Shown here: positions 45,001 through 59,263 of the stretch, piece by piece
Layout: each line of letters opens with the position of its first letter
Numbering within the stretch: the first letter of the stretch is position 1
NCBI GenBank assembly: GCA_039621445.1
Contig: CP154954.1
Location: 42,840,632 to 42,904,631, forward strand
Source: Euglena gracilis
Lineage: Eukaryota
Reading direction: 5' to 3'
Length of the DNA stretch: 64,000 nucleotides
Position numbers and translations under genes: made by a program
The notes under the pieces: model-generated
Databases searched by the model: none
What the model was told of the DNA's origin: nothing
The model's input: the letters and a program-made list of their open reading frames with translations, nothing else

Positions 45001-48000
45001 TCAATTTGGCCACTTTGGCTCAAAATCAATTGATTTTGGCGAAAATCCCAAGAAATGTTCTGGAGTCTTCAGCGAATCCTTGGCTTACGGCGGACGTTTT
45101 CGGCCAATCCTGGCCGACTCCAACAATCCCAATCCAATACCCATGATAAGGCATTGGTATCAGGCAATTGCAAGATCCGGATCCTGTTTCCCAGTCAAAA
45201 ATCGGGGCGTGGGGCGCCCTTCAACTAAAGCCGGTGCAGCCTCATCATGTTCAACCATGGGGTCTGGGTTCAGCGGAAAGGACCAGCCTGGGGGCGGTAC
45301 ATGACCGTGCTGTTTGTGAAGTGTTCCCAGAACAGGTCCCGGCGGCCTGCAAAGTCCATCCGGCTGGCGCAGAAGCTCCACTTCTTGCCCCCAGGGCAAC
45401 CCCCAGCCTCAACCCCCAAGGAAAGACCCTGGAGGCGGAAGACCTTGTGACTGTTTGCTGTGGCTTGAATGGCACACAGCAAGCGCTTCACCCTTGGGGG
45501 GAAAACCCCGGCTGGATTGCACACCGGCGAACGGGGGAATGGAGCTTGGTTGCAGGATCAAGGAAACCCTCTCAGAGCAACTTGTCGGAAGACAGCAGAT
45601 CCGGAGCAGGAAAGGCTCCACCCAGGTTGCAAACAGCTGGTGGCCTCCCTGCCTGACGTGGGGACTTTGTGTCGGCTTCGTTTTTATTACATTGTTATTA
45701 TCACTCACAATGCATTGATATCTTAATCACCTTCTTTGGAAGTCTGATGTGAACACCTCTCGTTTGGCGCGGGTGCATGCTTGCGTTAGTCAGACAATCG
45801 GCACTCTTGGCATGTGAGAGGGCTGCCCTTGCCACCAGGCACATACTCGCGAGGGAAGATGGTGCACATGCCGCCGACGCGGTTCGCTACGCCCGCCATC
45901 CAGGGGAGCATCACCCGCTTTGGGGATGGGCTGACCTCCACTTAGCAAGGGCATCAAAGAAAACTGTCTCGTACCCCCCCCCCCAGGAAACTGTCACCAG
46001 ACAAGTCAGTGAGCACAGAGGCAGGAGACCGGTCCTATCAGGGCAGGGCAACCAATATTGTACCAGAGGCCAATTTCTGGGGGATCCAGGTCAGAGAGAT
46101 AAAATGAATTCTTGGACTCTTCAGCTGACCGAATATCCGAAAATGCACTTTTTCTTGAATCCATTTCTTCTGAAGATGCAGTTTTTTTTCCACATGTTTT
46201 GATCAGGTGCCAGATAAACATGGAAAGTATTTTTTTCGATTCGAAATATAACCTCTTCGCCACAAAAATGTAAAAAATCCGAAAAAAGCAATAGGAAAAG
46301 AGAAATAGGAAATTGGAAATGGCCAACAGGTGCAAAGGGTAGGCAGATTTCGATGAAGACAGGTCAACAGTCCTCGTCACATGTGGTGACGAACAGCCTG
46401 CGGCGTAGGGATGTATGGGAAGCGGGGGGGGGGGTGTTCCACATAAAACATGTAAATATAACAAATATTAAGCATTTTTGGTTAATTTTCAAAGGAAAAT
46501 CAGGGATTTTCCAACAATTTTGGCCCATTATCCGGCCCTTTGACCGTACGCCAAAACATCAAAAAATGGGTAATATGTTCAAAAGTGAGGGGGAAAATGT
46601 TTTTTTCTCATTTTCTGGTGCTGTGTGCTGGAAAAAAAACTTTCGCCATTTTTGGAACTTGCTGAGGGGGGTCTGGGAACACCCTCCAAACTAGGGGTGG
46701 TTCCAGGTCCCCCCTGCCACCGTACCCGGGGGTTGGGGCCCCGCCCTACCACCTAAATCAATAATGCCAGGCTTCCCATCTATCCCTGGGGGCAAGCCGG
46801 GAGGCACCAGCCTTTCATTTTTCATGCACTGCACAGAGGCTGGGCAGGGGTATGGTCGACTGGGCTGGAGGCGGAGGGGGGGGTCAGAGCGGCCCAGCCC
46901 AGGCAGGTCCGGCTCCATCACGGCACCGGACAGGTCCCCCTCCCGGTGCCGCAGCCAGGCGTCCCGGGCAGGGGACGGGGCACGGAAACCAACCAGAAGG
47001 CTGGGGCGGGGGGGGGGGGCACCACCCTGGGGCCAACCCCAGCCCCTGGGCCATGTAGTTGACCCAGTAGTCCGCCTCGTCCAGGGCGGCCTGGACGCGG
47101 AGGGCCAGCACGTGGAAGTGCTGCGCCGACACCTCCGCCAGCAGGTCGTACCCCAGCGCCTGCGTCTTGACGGCGCTGACCGCTGCCGCCGGGGGCCCCA
47201 TTGGCCGATGGCCGGTCCCCCCATTTGTTCCGCACCGCGAGCGAAACACCGTGGTAGCACCGCAGGTTCGGCCGCCACCCGGACCGCGGTCGGATTTCGC
47301 CCCTGAGCCAGACCAATCAATGGTCGCTGGGTTTGCTCATGAGGGACTTTGGGTTTGACGACCAGGCAGACTCCAAACGAGGCTCCAGGACACAGAAACC
47401 GTGGGGACATATCAGACGGGTAGATTTCAATTTGCACGACAGAAAACAGAGAAAGCGAAACCTTAAAAATAACACACACAATGCAGTGGAGCATTAAATG
47501 CATGTCAAAGTTATGTGGTGTGTGACGTTTCCTGTCTCCTTTCCCCATACCATTTTCACTCATTTTCAACCAATTCTTTGGATAAGCAATAAAATTGCGA
47601 AATTACATTCAGCGGTGCCCTTCCTTGCAGTTCCACAACGAACGAAGCCAGCTGGCCCCCGGGCATCACTGGGGAGGTGCTGCAGACGCTGATGAAGATG
47701 GCGAGCAAGCACGTCAGCAGCAGAACGGGGATCAGCGGCAGGCGCTGGCGGTGCCGCGACTCAGGAACAAACAGGGGGGAGTGAGTTGCCAGCGGCACAG
47801 GAGATGGGTGGGGGATGGCAGGGACCCACGTTTGCAATTTCATTTTTAGGTCTCAGAGAAATTGGGCACTTCCTGCCAACAGTTAGAGGTATAACCCACC
47901 CGTCTTCCATGGGTGCCACTCGTCCCATCCCCACAGTCCGGTCGGACCCCCCTCCAAGCCTAAAAACATCTCTGATTGGATTGGCCGCACCTCGAACCAC

Positions 48001-49430
48001 TGTCAGCGCTCGCTTGACACCGAAATTGGTTTGCTGACCACGTCGTGAATGTGTTCTCAGGCAGCCAAGGGAACACAAAAATGCATGGGTTTAGGGTCAA
48101 AATTCAGTAAAACATCTCTTTTGGACTTCTTTGGAGCTAGAGAACATTAAATACTCCCGTCTGAGCCTGAATGGGCTGAGCTGGCTCCAACTTTACTTCA
48201 GCGGACCGGGGATTGTATAGCCTCGATTGGCTGGCCCTCCCCACAAGGTAAGAAAACCCCCCCGAAGAAAGCTTGAGGAAAATCCGCCAAGTCCAATGTA
48301 AATACAAAAAGAGGCAGCAAAAGCGTTTTCCATCGCAACTGCACATTTGGGGTGAAATTTGCATCACTTCTTCAATTCATTGTCATCCTTTCGTTCACTG
48401 TCAACTGTAAATGTTGAATTGGCACGTGTGGGGTGCGCCTGGACAGTGGCACTTGGCGAGACGGTGGGATAGAGCCAGGGCTGCAAGGTTTGTTGAATGC
48501 TCAGCCGGTTGGGAACAGGAGTTTCACAGACATGCTTTTTGCTGGTGGCCCGGGTTGGGGTTGTGTGTGCATTTTGAGAATCAGGATATGAGTGCCAAGA
48601 ACTGATTCTCTTTGCCAACGTCAGCACAAGCAATACGGACAAGGCCCTCATCTCTTCTACACAACCGAGGAGGTGCCGTCTGCTGTTCGGCGTTGTCTCC
48701 CTTCATCGAGAACCCAAGGGGAGGGTTCATTTCGGGCCTGACCAGGGTTTGAAATGAAGCACGGATCCCCCTACGGTGGCCCCCCCCTCAACAGTGGCCG
48801 GGCAACCGTGGCACACCGCGCGCCAAGCCGAACCTTTTGGCCTCCGCCAAAACGATGTCAAAATTCCAAAAATTTAGCGGCGCTAAGAGGGTCCCGCCCC
48901 CCCCACCTCCCAAAGAGGTGGCAGGCAAAGAGATGGGAGGAGTTCTGGACCCTTCCCATGGTCAAGACAACTCAGAGAATTCTCCTGTAGTATTTTATTG
49001 GGTCACGAATACCTTCATCAAGGACAGCTGACCCCCCATCGGGAGACTGCACCCCCCGCCAGGATATTGTTTACAATTTATCCACCCCCAATGAACAACC
49101 GCCTTACCAGGGTCCCTTTGACAATGTCAACCGGATGTCTGTGACAGCTCCCTCAACGCGCCAAACAACATTCAAAGACACATCGAGGTTGTGTTAGAGC
49201 ATTCTCGAAGCCATTCCTGCTCAAGCAGTTCGTTTCCGGGGTGGGCAGCTGGGGGGCGACGGCCCCCAGTGATTGCCGGCAATGATGGCCGGGAGCAGCG
49301 CCCGGGGTCCTGCGCAGCTCTGGGGCGGGGTCGGCCGCGTGACCGGACCGGACCACCAGGCACCGCTCCCAGAACGGTCTCCGGCGAGCCCCGGTCAGCC
49401 CGCCTGTCCAGGCTCGCTGGTTGAGGCCAT
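39043..49430 (-). CDS. Adenylyl cyclase copy 2 (TM1, extracellular and TM2 exons only; remainder cut by the gap)
   Basis: All resolved exons are intact and in frame, with a few amino-acid substitutions relative to copy 1. Confidence 0.8.
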
Positions 49431-52400
49431 TGTTGCTCCGCCCGCCAACAATCCTGGCGCGGAGGGACGGATACTGCCGGCGAAAGCGTCACCCGGCCGG
49501 CGGGACCGAAGGAACCTCAAAAGGCAGCACAGGCCAAGCCCGCGTTGTCTGCCCACCCGGAAAACGCCCCAATTTCGCCCAATTTTTCCGATTTTGCCGC
49601 GAAAAAAATCCCGGGAAATTTGTGGCTCCCAGGGTGTTCCGGGATAATTCTGGGATTATTATACCCTGCCGATACCTTACGGTCAAAGTGGCCTCCAGGC
49701 AGTATGGAACCCCAAAATGGCCACTCTGGGGGAGGGGACACTTTGGGGGGGGGGTGAATTTTTGGGCTTCGGCGACTTCGGGCCAAAAGGTAATGGCCAC
49801 TTTGGGGGGGGGGTAAACCAAATTGGCGAAAAACTTTTGGCCACTCTGGGGGGGGACACTTTGACGGGGGGGGGGGGGGGTGAGGGTATCTCGACAATGA
49901 AGCAAAATCAAAGAAAATGCCCGGAGAGCAAAAATGAAACCCTCGAAATGCCCTATCCAACCATGGTTTTCCTTTCCCCTAACTCTTTGCGTAGCCCGAG
50001 TTACGGCCATTTTCCGGCCCATTTTGGCCCGTTTCAGGGGCCATTTTGGACTGTTTTCGGGGTCAAAAAATTGATGTTTCCAAAATATCTCGAAAATGAA
50101 GCAACATAAAAGGAAATGTCCAGAGACCCGATTTGAAGCCCTTGGAACACCCTATCTAACGATCTAACGGTACCATGCCCCCCCCCCCCCCGAAAGTGTC
50201 CCATACCGGGCCCAACGGCAGGGTGGGTATGGGACCCCCCCCCGGGGGGGGGTACTGGCTAGCCAATCGGCTAGAAACTGGAAAAAGTGGACTAGCTAGA
50301 CCCCCCTCCCCCCTGGGGTGGGGGGGGGGTCCGGGGGTCCCCCAGACTGGAAATAAAATTTTCCTCCGGCGCACAGCGCCGGAGGAAAAATGAGGTTTTT
50401 AACAGGTTTTGGGCTGAATTTTGTTCAAAAAATTCCCCAAAATGGCCAAAAACGGGCATTTTTGGCCATTTTTGGGTGTCCCAAAAAATTTTCGGCGCTT
50501 TGCGCCAGTCGCTGGAAAATTTTTTTCCACTAGCTGCCCCTGCTAGCAGACCCCCCCGGGGGGGTCTGGTAGAAAACCCACTAGCCAAATTTGGACTAGC
50601 TGCAGTCCAGCCCCCCCCCCCGGGGGGGAACTGCAATCCCTTGAGCAAATGCCTGTATGGGACAGTATCGGGGGGGGGTCACAATCGGGGGCAGGGGTTT
50701 TTTTAAGACCGGGGGTGGAGGGGGGGGGCCCCCCCCCCCCCCCCCACCCCCCAGGGGGGGGGCCCCCCCGGGGGGGGGGGAGGGGGGTCCGGGGGACCCA
50801 CAAAAAATGGCCGAAAAATCGCGAAAAGTGCTAAAAATAGAATTTTTTCGGCGCCTGCGGCGCCGAAAAGTATATCCCACCCCCCTCTGGGGGACCCCCC
50901 CGGGGGGGGGAGGGGGTCCGGCGGACCCACCCACCCTACCCCTCCCCCTCCCCCCCCCCGGGGGCCCAAACTTAAAAAAATCCCTGATCGGAGGCGTCAA
51001 AAAAATTCCTTTAGGACCGGCCGGCCGGGTTCCATGGTAGGGATATGGGACACTATCGGGGGGGGGGGGAGCAGTATCGGGGGGCAGGGTTGACGTTTTT
51101 TTGTTTTTTAAAAAAAAACAAAAAAAACATGTTTTTTTATATAAAAAAACGCAAAAAAAACATATATTTTTTTGAAAAAGCAAAAATTGACCTTTTTCCT
51201 TGCGAAATGACCATTTTTTTGAATGAAATTTTTCGCGGATTCCCCTTAACGTTTGAGTGCCCGAAAAAAGGTTAAGCAGTGAAGGTGGCTTACGGTTTTA
51301 CGTAAACGTGCAAAAATGGAAGTTTACGGAAAACCGTGTACCTGAACTTGTTTACTGTCTGCCGTAGACCTGTGCTGCACCCCTCTTGTTTGTGACTGGG
51401 GCCCAAACCTTGTCCCCAACCCCTGGAGCTGTGGTTGTGGCCACTTTGACCAAGCCCCTACTCTATATGTCCGATGCAGTGACTGAATATGTTCACGTGT
51501 TTCCGTAAACTTGCTATCTAAAAGTATTTGCCGTTATCAATGCATCCCTTCCTGGTACAGTCCCTGCGTTCTGTGGGAACAGTGCTGGAACAAGGCACGC
51601 TCTGTCCATATCAGTGTGGTGTTGGTGCCAAGCTGTGGAGGTGTTCCCCACAAACACTGCTGGGGTTGCTTGTGGGGCGGTGGTCCCCCCTCTCACTAGG
51701 TGCACTTGCGACTGAATGAAATGATGTTCACGGTTTCCCGTAAACTTGGCACAGGTTTGGAGAACAGAATTAAATCTGGGCAAAGGAACCATGTTACTGT
51801 TGATGAGCCCAGTTGCCATATACCGACCGGCTACAACCACCTCGACACACCTTGGACTGGGTAACAGGTGCCCTCCATTCCCCCGACTTCCCCCGATGCC
51901 TCCCAAGAAAGGTCCCTCAACAACACCCCAGACTGAGCTTTTTAAGGGCTCACTGCAGGGGGTCGCACCTGCTTCCTCACCACTTGTTGGGACTCAGCAG
52001 CTCCATCCCGACATCGAGATACCCCCCATTTTTGGAATCCAATGTGGTTTCCCTTCAAACTCCCCCACTTACTGAAAATGTTCTGGAAAAGTATTTATCC
52101 ATTTGTGCATTCCATTTCAACATTACAGAGAACTGCCCTCAAAAACACATTTCGCTCCTCAATTTTGAAGAGCTCGGCAAAAGAAACTGATTTATGCTGA
52201 ACGCAAAACTGTTGTGCTTAAAATACGTTTTCAGAATTCCATCCGTTGTTGCTTGTTGCAATTGGGGGAAAAATTCACCGAAAAAAGAGGCAACTGGAAA
52301 TCATCAGAGCGAACACCACTCAGAGCAACTGCCTCTCAGGATTGTCACTGACAACCGTCAAAAAAAATCAAAAAAATTGGCCGCTTTCAGCAGGTCAAAA

Positions 52401-55342
52401 TATAGCCTTTTTTGCCCAATACGTTTCGAAGGTTAGCAGGTCATTTCATAGGGAGCGTCTTTTGATGACTGTCAAATGATCCTTGGACTCTCTCCTCTAT
52501 CTTCAAATCACAGTCCACTGTGAGAGATCGGATGAGAGACACGAGAGACTTGCCTGAAAAAAGGTGAAAAAAATCCAACGACCACAACTTCCTTTGCCAG
52601 CTGTGCAAGATTAATTGAAGATCACTTGGGTGAGTGAGCACCAGCTTGGTGGTTTGCCCCTCCACTTCTAGGCCCGAGGCAACGATGGAGACCATCTTTA
52701 TCATTACAAATGCAAAAAACACTGATATCGAGATGTTTACGGTTTCTCGGAAATTTTTCTTCAACTGAGCACTGTTTACGGTTTCACATAAAACCCACTT
52801 TGTGCGTTGCTTACGGTTGTCTGCAAAGGAGGGGAACCTCTGCTCTTTCGGTCAAGCAGGCTGGTGGGGTGAGATCCGATGACCTTCCCCCTCCCACTCC
52901 ACAGGTCCTGAACGCAGCAGACGTTCTGGTTCTTATCAGGAGATGGGTTGCAGCAAATGGATTAACACGGTGGCACCGAGCAGTGTGATTCGCACAGGGG
53001 GTCGCGAGTCGGAACACTCTCGCCAAAACCACTCTCCTGACGGAATGTGTCCCTCCCCCTCGGGGAGACCCCCTATCTGGCAGTTTGGGTGGACTCGGAA
53101 AATATGTTTCAAACCAGCTTGGGGCCCGGAAAGAAAAAGATGGGGCATTCTGGCGTCTGCTGTTGACTCCGCTCCCGGGAGTTGAGAGGTGGAAACGACA
53201 TAAACTCCTCCGGAGCACCCTCACAGCAACGGTATCCTCCCCTTCAGCTGTTGGAACTCTACCGCTCCTGTGTACCAGTCCAGGAGGCAAGGGGCGAGCA
53301 CCGGGGGGTGTCCAGCTGCTTGGCAGCCATCAGGGGAACCAAAACGAGAGACACCCCATCCCCTTGTTAACACGGCTTATTTGCATACTTCAAACAAAAT
53401 TTACGCAAAACCGTAAACATCATTAACTTTACGGTTTCCGGTAAGACTTCTTTTTGAAAGTTATACACTCACACCCTGCCCAGGAGAAAGAAGGGGTTCC
53501 ATTTTTGCAAAAAGGGCTCAAAAGGCCAAATCGGGAAAACTGTTTTTACTGGTTTTGCAGGCATTTAGCCAGGCAACCGCTGTTCAGGAATTATCAGGCC
53601 TTTTTGGGGACAAACACAAAATTTCGGACAGAGTCTCTGCTGGGGGGTGGCAGTCAATTTCAGCCGGCACCCCAAAAAAATTCTCGGGGAAAAAAATGTG
53701 GACACAGGGGACTCGACACAAAAGGGCGAAAAATCCTGATACAGCAAAAAGCCCAAAGTACCCAAAACGGGATCAAAAGGGTCGTTTTTATCGAGGTGGA
53801 AACCAACCCAGAAAATTTCTGGGAAATTTTTGGAGTAAAAGTTTACGGGAACCCGTGACCCTTTAAGTGAAAAAAACGACGCAAAAAAAAGTGGGCAGAC
53901 AACGCGAGCTAGGACAGGGGGCTGCAAGCACAAGGTCCGGAAAAAAACAGAAGCTTGCCCCTACCAGCCTGAGGTTCATTGAACTTTGGTGACTGTGAAA
54001 GCACTCAAATTTATTTCTCACTGCAGTATGACTGTGAATATGACTCTGGATGGCAGCTAGCACCTTTTTTTTCCAGCCAGACCCCCCTTAGGGGGGTCCT
54101 TAAAAAACTCCCTGTCCGTGGCCCTCCACTGGAACGTGGCTGGGCCGTGCGCCAGCGCCCCGTTGCAGGCCACCGCCCTCGCCCTGGAGCTTGTCTGTGC
54201 CGCCCAGATCCTGCCCCCCGAGGCCCAGGCCGACCTTCGACCAGGGCCTTGCTAGATGTTATCAACAAACGTACAACCCTCAAGAAGAGTATCAATAATA
54301 AATAGTGGTGGCATTGAGAGAATTGAAAGGTGTTGTGAACAGGGCGTTAAAGACCCCCCGCCCCTGGGGTGCAGCCAGGGTTTGATATAAGGACAGGTGG
54401 GGGGGTCCGGACCCCCCCCTGCGGGCCAGGAGGGGGGGTGGGGGGGACACCCCCACACCTAAACAGTGGCGCGGTCTGGGCGACCGAAATTTTTTGACCC
54501 CCCAAAACGACCAAAAGTGCCATTTTGGGCACTTTTGGGGCAAAAATTTGCCAAAAATGCAAAAAATTTTCGGCGCAAAGCGCCGGAAGAAAAAATTGAC
54601 CCTTTTTGGGGGGGTCCGGGGTACCCCCCCAGAGTCGGTCCGGACCCCCCTGGCAGGTGGGGGTGGTCCGGACCCTCCCTGCGGGCCAGGAGGGGGGGGG
54701 GGTGGGGGGGACACCCCCACCTAAACCATGTACGCCCTCCTCCTTATATCAAACCCTGGGTGCAGGTCAGAAAGGCTGGCTAAAAAAAAAAAAAAAAAAA
54801 GAAGGAAAATAAGACAAATACAAAATACCACACAATCATAGCCCCCCAGGAACGCCGAAAAAAACAAATACCTGGCCTGAAAAAGGCTGCTGACTTACCC
54901 CCCCCCCCTTCTCCATGGGGTCCCTCGCCGTAACTGGGCCTGACTGGGGGTCGAACCAAATACCCAAAAATCAAAACTGCAAAAATGCCAAAAAATAATA
55001 ATGCCAATTATGCAAAAAAATACCCCTTTTTTGCGACCCCTTTTTTGCCCAGTTTAGGTCCTTTTTGCACATCCGACAGGGTTACCGCACCGCCGCCTTT
55101 GGGCAGCCAGAAAAAAAAATAAACTTGTGTGGGGCTGGAAAAAGGCTTCTGGCTGGACCAAATTCTCTTTCGCAACACCCACACACCCACAGAATGCATT
55201 TCTAACTTCAATGTCCTTTTTGATCAGAATAATTTCATGACAGCGAAGGACGATCGTGAGTTGGATGTCCTTTGGATTTGACCTTGGTGCTGGATGGTTG
55301 TGTCCTAGTAAGCCTCCCCCAAAAATAAAAAAAAAAAAAAAA

Positions 55343-55384
<42 letters not shown>

Positions 55385-56771
55385 CCCAGGACTTATTTTT
55401 GGGTCCGTGGTTTCCGGGGGGTTCCTTATTTTGGGGGGGTCTTATTTTTGGATTTTTTCTTGACCTGGGCCAGAAAAGCACCATTTTTCAGGTTCCCAAG
55501 ACTGCTAAAATTTTTCCTTCGGCGCTTCGCCCCATGTGTAAATTGGTGTAATTTGACATTTAAGATGTATTTTGCACTTCAAGAATCTGAAATTTTTTGA
55601 AATTTCATCATTTTTGTGTTTGAAATTGGGGTTTTTGGTAATTTTCAGGGAAAAATTTCACCGTCTTCGCACCGTCAAGGGGGGTCTTATTAATGGGGGG
55701 GGGTCTTATTTTTGGATTTTTGCTTGATCGGCCCAGGGGGGGTCTTATTTGGGGGGGGGTATTATTTTGGAGGGGTTACTCCAGTCCGCCATATAGTGCG
55801 TATCACAACGCATCTGTGATACATTAACTTTTTTGGGGTGATACATATGTGATACATAAAAATTTTGGGTGATACATATGTGATACATTAAAAAAAATTT
55901 GGTGATACATATGTGATACACAAATTTTTGTCTTTTTTGTCAGCAACTTCTCAGCCGCTCCTTCCAAAGGGAACCTTCAAAACGCGGAAGACAGGATTCC
56001 GAGACAACAATTCCTCAAACCATTGGCAAGAGTAAACCCCCCCAAATAATACCCCCGGGGTATTATTTTTTCGCCCGAAGTCCCGGCGCGAGGGGGGGGG
56101 GTCTTATTTGGGGAGGGGTGTTATTTCCCAAAAATCTTCGAAATTTTTCGAAGCCACGTAAGTCCCAAAATAGCACCCAAAACCCCCTTTTGGGTCATTT
56201 TTTGTGCTTTCTCATAAAATTTAGCATTTTTGGAGGCCAGATGATCAAGAAAAAAAATAGAAATTTTTCGTAATGTAATGTAATTTGATGTAAAAAAGGA
56301 AATTTTAATGAAAAAATTTGGTGATACATATGTGATACATTAAAAATTTTTTGGTGATACATATGTGATACATTAATTTTTAGGCTGTGATACATGTGAT
56401 ACGTAAAAAAAATTTTTGGTGATACATACTAAATGGAGGTCTGGGTTACTCTCTCCTGGGAATGGTTCAGAGTGACGATCATGCTGAACTTAATGTATCT
56501 GATGATATATATCCTTTACAATCAGGGTTGGTGAGTGGGTGGGTGGTGGGCGGGCGGATGGGTGCGTTCGTGCGTGCACGCATGCATGCATGCGTGCATT
56601 GCTGCAAGCATTTCGTCCCCAAAACAAGTGCGGCAAGCTGCAACGAGGATTTGGTAGGAATCACCTTTTGTTTTGGACATGCTCCTATGCGGCTTCCGGG
56701 AAGCGATTGAAATGGTCCCCGGCACACTTTGGGGGCCGTCCCCCATCCCGGCAGGAGAGGCAGCGCTGGAC

Positions 56772-57016
56772 GGTGACCGGGGCTCGGGCGAGGCGGGGCG
56801 GAGAGGGTGAGCTGCTCGCCGAAGCCCGGCGGGGGGTCATTGGGCCCGACAGCCTGCAGGGTGATGGCGTGGGCGGAGGCGGCGGAGGCAGGGCGGCCCC
56901 AGGAAGGCCGGGGGGGGGGGGGGTCGACCCCCCACCCACCACCCACATGGGGTTGCAGGGAGACCCGTCCAGCCCTGGGTGAAGGAGGAGCGCAACGTGG
57001 GGGAGAACCACGGCAT
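56772..57016 (-). CDS. Unknown gene, first exons, copy 2
   Basis: Homologous to 32206-32449 with the same translation. Confidence 0.45.
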
Positions 57017-58909
57017 AGGCCTGGGAGGGGAGGGCGGAGGCCCTGGGGGGGGGGGGGGGCAAAGGTGGAGACGACAGCACAGAGGCTCCATCGGTTCACA
57101 GACGCAGGCGCGACGCAGAGGGTTGCTGGGGCGTGTGAAAGGAGTGTGGCATCGGAGATTTATTCGGAAGCCTCGGCCGCCAGCGAGGCTCTGAGAATTT
57201 TTTGTAGTTTTTTTTTCGGAAAGCCATGCTGAGTGGGACTGGCCTTTCAAGCAACAGAATAACTGGTCCGCAAAATCATTACATACACACATATATACAC
57301 ATGTGGCGTAAATCACTGCCCATGCAAATACATTGCCCATTTGAACAATATTGTGTGCTCAACATATATCGGCACACATAATAATACACATCACAAAACG
57401 CAATTGAGTTTCGCTGTTTCAATGTCATCCAGCACTTTACTCCTCCGGTAGTATTGGAAAACACATCAATTCAAGTGCAAGAACTCAACCATGGAAAAAA
57501 TAATTATCTTTTGGCATTCTTCTGGCAAATTGATTTTTTTACACTGTCTGCAATTTTCGTGATGGCAAAAAGAAATCTCGTAAACGAGATCAGGCCAAAA
57601 AAAATTATGCGATGAAAATGTTTTCATGTGGAATATAAATGTGCAAGGAGGAGGAGGAAGGGATCATCGGACTGAGCAGCTGTATCTGGCATTCCATCTG
57701 GGATTGAAAAAGACATAAGAAATCGACATCTGGACGGTTGCCTGCAGCTTGGTCGCAACGACACAAAAAAATTGGCTGGTGGCTGAGTTGAGTTGCGTTG
57801 AGCAGTTGGTGCTGGCTCAACAGCCAAACCCAAACCATGAGGCACCGGTGGGGACAGTGGAGACTCGTTGAGCCGAGCGGGTGTGGCCAGGCAATAACAG
57901 CGATAGCGATGTCCTATGCTGGGTGTATGTTCACCTGCCGAAGCGCAACAGCGTCACATTTTACCTCAAATGCAGTGCACATTGATCGGAAAGCATTGAG
58001 TGTTGCACCAAATCAAAATTAAACTCACATGTTGTGGAGGCTTTCACAAAGCCTCCAGAACATGCCATTCTTGCTGAAAACGTACAAAACAGATAGCCTG
58101 GAAAGAAGAGGCAACCCAATTTCATCCCATCGTCCGATGAGGTCCCAAAAACGTCAAAAATGGAAGTGTTTTTTGGAGGTATTTCCTTTACGTCCTAAAT
58201 TAGTGTGCCGTGCTCAGAAATCCACATTCTCACACGCATATTCTTTGTGATTAGGGGGGGTGCTGCATTAGAAACACTATAACTATTTTCTCGACACTGA
58301 CATGTACTTTTCAGAGGGGGAAAAGCACCAATCTGTGCCGGCTGCATGGCACTGTACTCTCAGCCAAAGAGCTGGGACGTGTGGCTGGAAGCAGAACATG
58401 AAACCCAACAGCCGAATCCAAAGCTGGTGTCAGCAAGCCTGCTTGGCATCGCCACCATCAGGGAATTTCTGAAGAACCCCCCCTTAGTTGCACTCAGGCT
58501 TCTTGTCTGTTTATGGCCGGCGCTAACTTCTTAAGAAACCCCCCACCCCCCCCCCCCCCCCCCCCCCCCCCGGGCGGTCCAGCATACTGCTTGGAAAATG
58601 AGCTGCTGGGTGGACCCCCCAGGGGGGGGGGGAGGAGGGGGGGTCAGGAGCTGGGCTGGGCTGGAACTGCCATCCTGGTCCAGCTAGGAAGATCCACCAA
58701 CCAAGTTCAAACCCTTTGGTCCATATCCACGAATCACCATCAGGATCGTTTCCCATTACGGTTTGGTGTGTGCAGTGTGCTTCGACAGGGGAGCGACGCA
58801 CGACGACACCCCTCAGGGAGGGGGACGGGGTGCTGGAGGGAGGGGGGAGGAGGTCGCCTGCCGGTCGCTATCCGGTTCGCCCCGGCCGTCGCCGGGGAAT
58901 AAGCGTGCA

Positions 58910-59263
58910 TCATTCAAGGGCCCACTTCCACGCCCGGACGGGCAGCTTGATCATACCCGCGCCACCACCGCCCTCCCCTCCGCACTGCTCCGGTTTGGAG
59001 CAGTGGGCGGGGGACGGATCCCTCAAAGCAGCGGATGCCCCTGCAGTGCGGTGGTGCTGGCAAAGCATCTGGGGGGGGGGGGGCAGGAGGGCGGCGCTGG
59101 GTGTGGACGACCTTCTTGGGGAGGGCCGTGCAGCAGCCGCAGCAGGTGAGGCAGGGGCTCAACTTGAGGGGCAGCAGCAGCACCCATACGATACAGCCCA
59201 GCAACGCGATGACGAGCAGCACCGGGAAGAAGAGGATGACGTTGATCACCTTCAGCGCCTTCA
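58910..59263 (-). CDS. Taximin-like Cys-rich membrane peptide, copy 2 (exons 59103-59263 and 58910-58957)
   Basis: Same translation as copy 1. Confidence 0.7.

Noticed and set aside
39043-49430. A truncated, catalytic-less decoy receptor paralogue
   Set aside because: The truncation coincides with the assembly gap and is better explained by a contig end.
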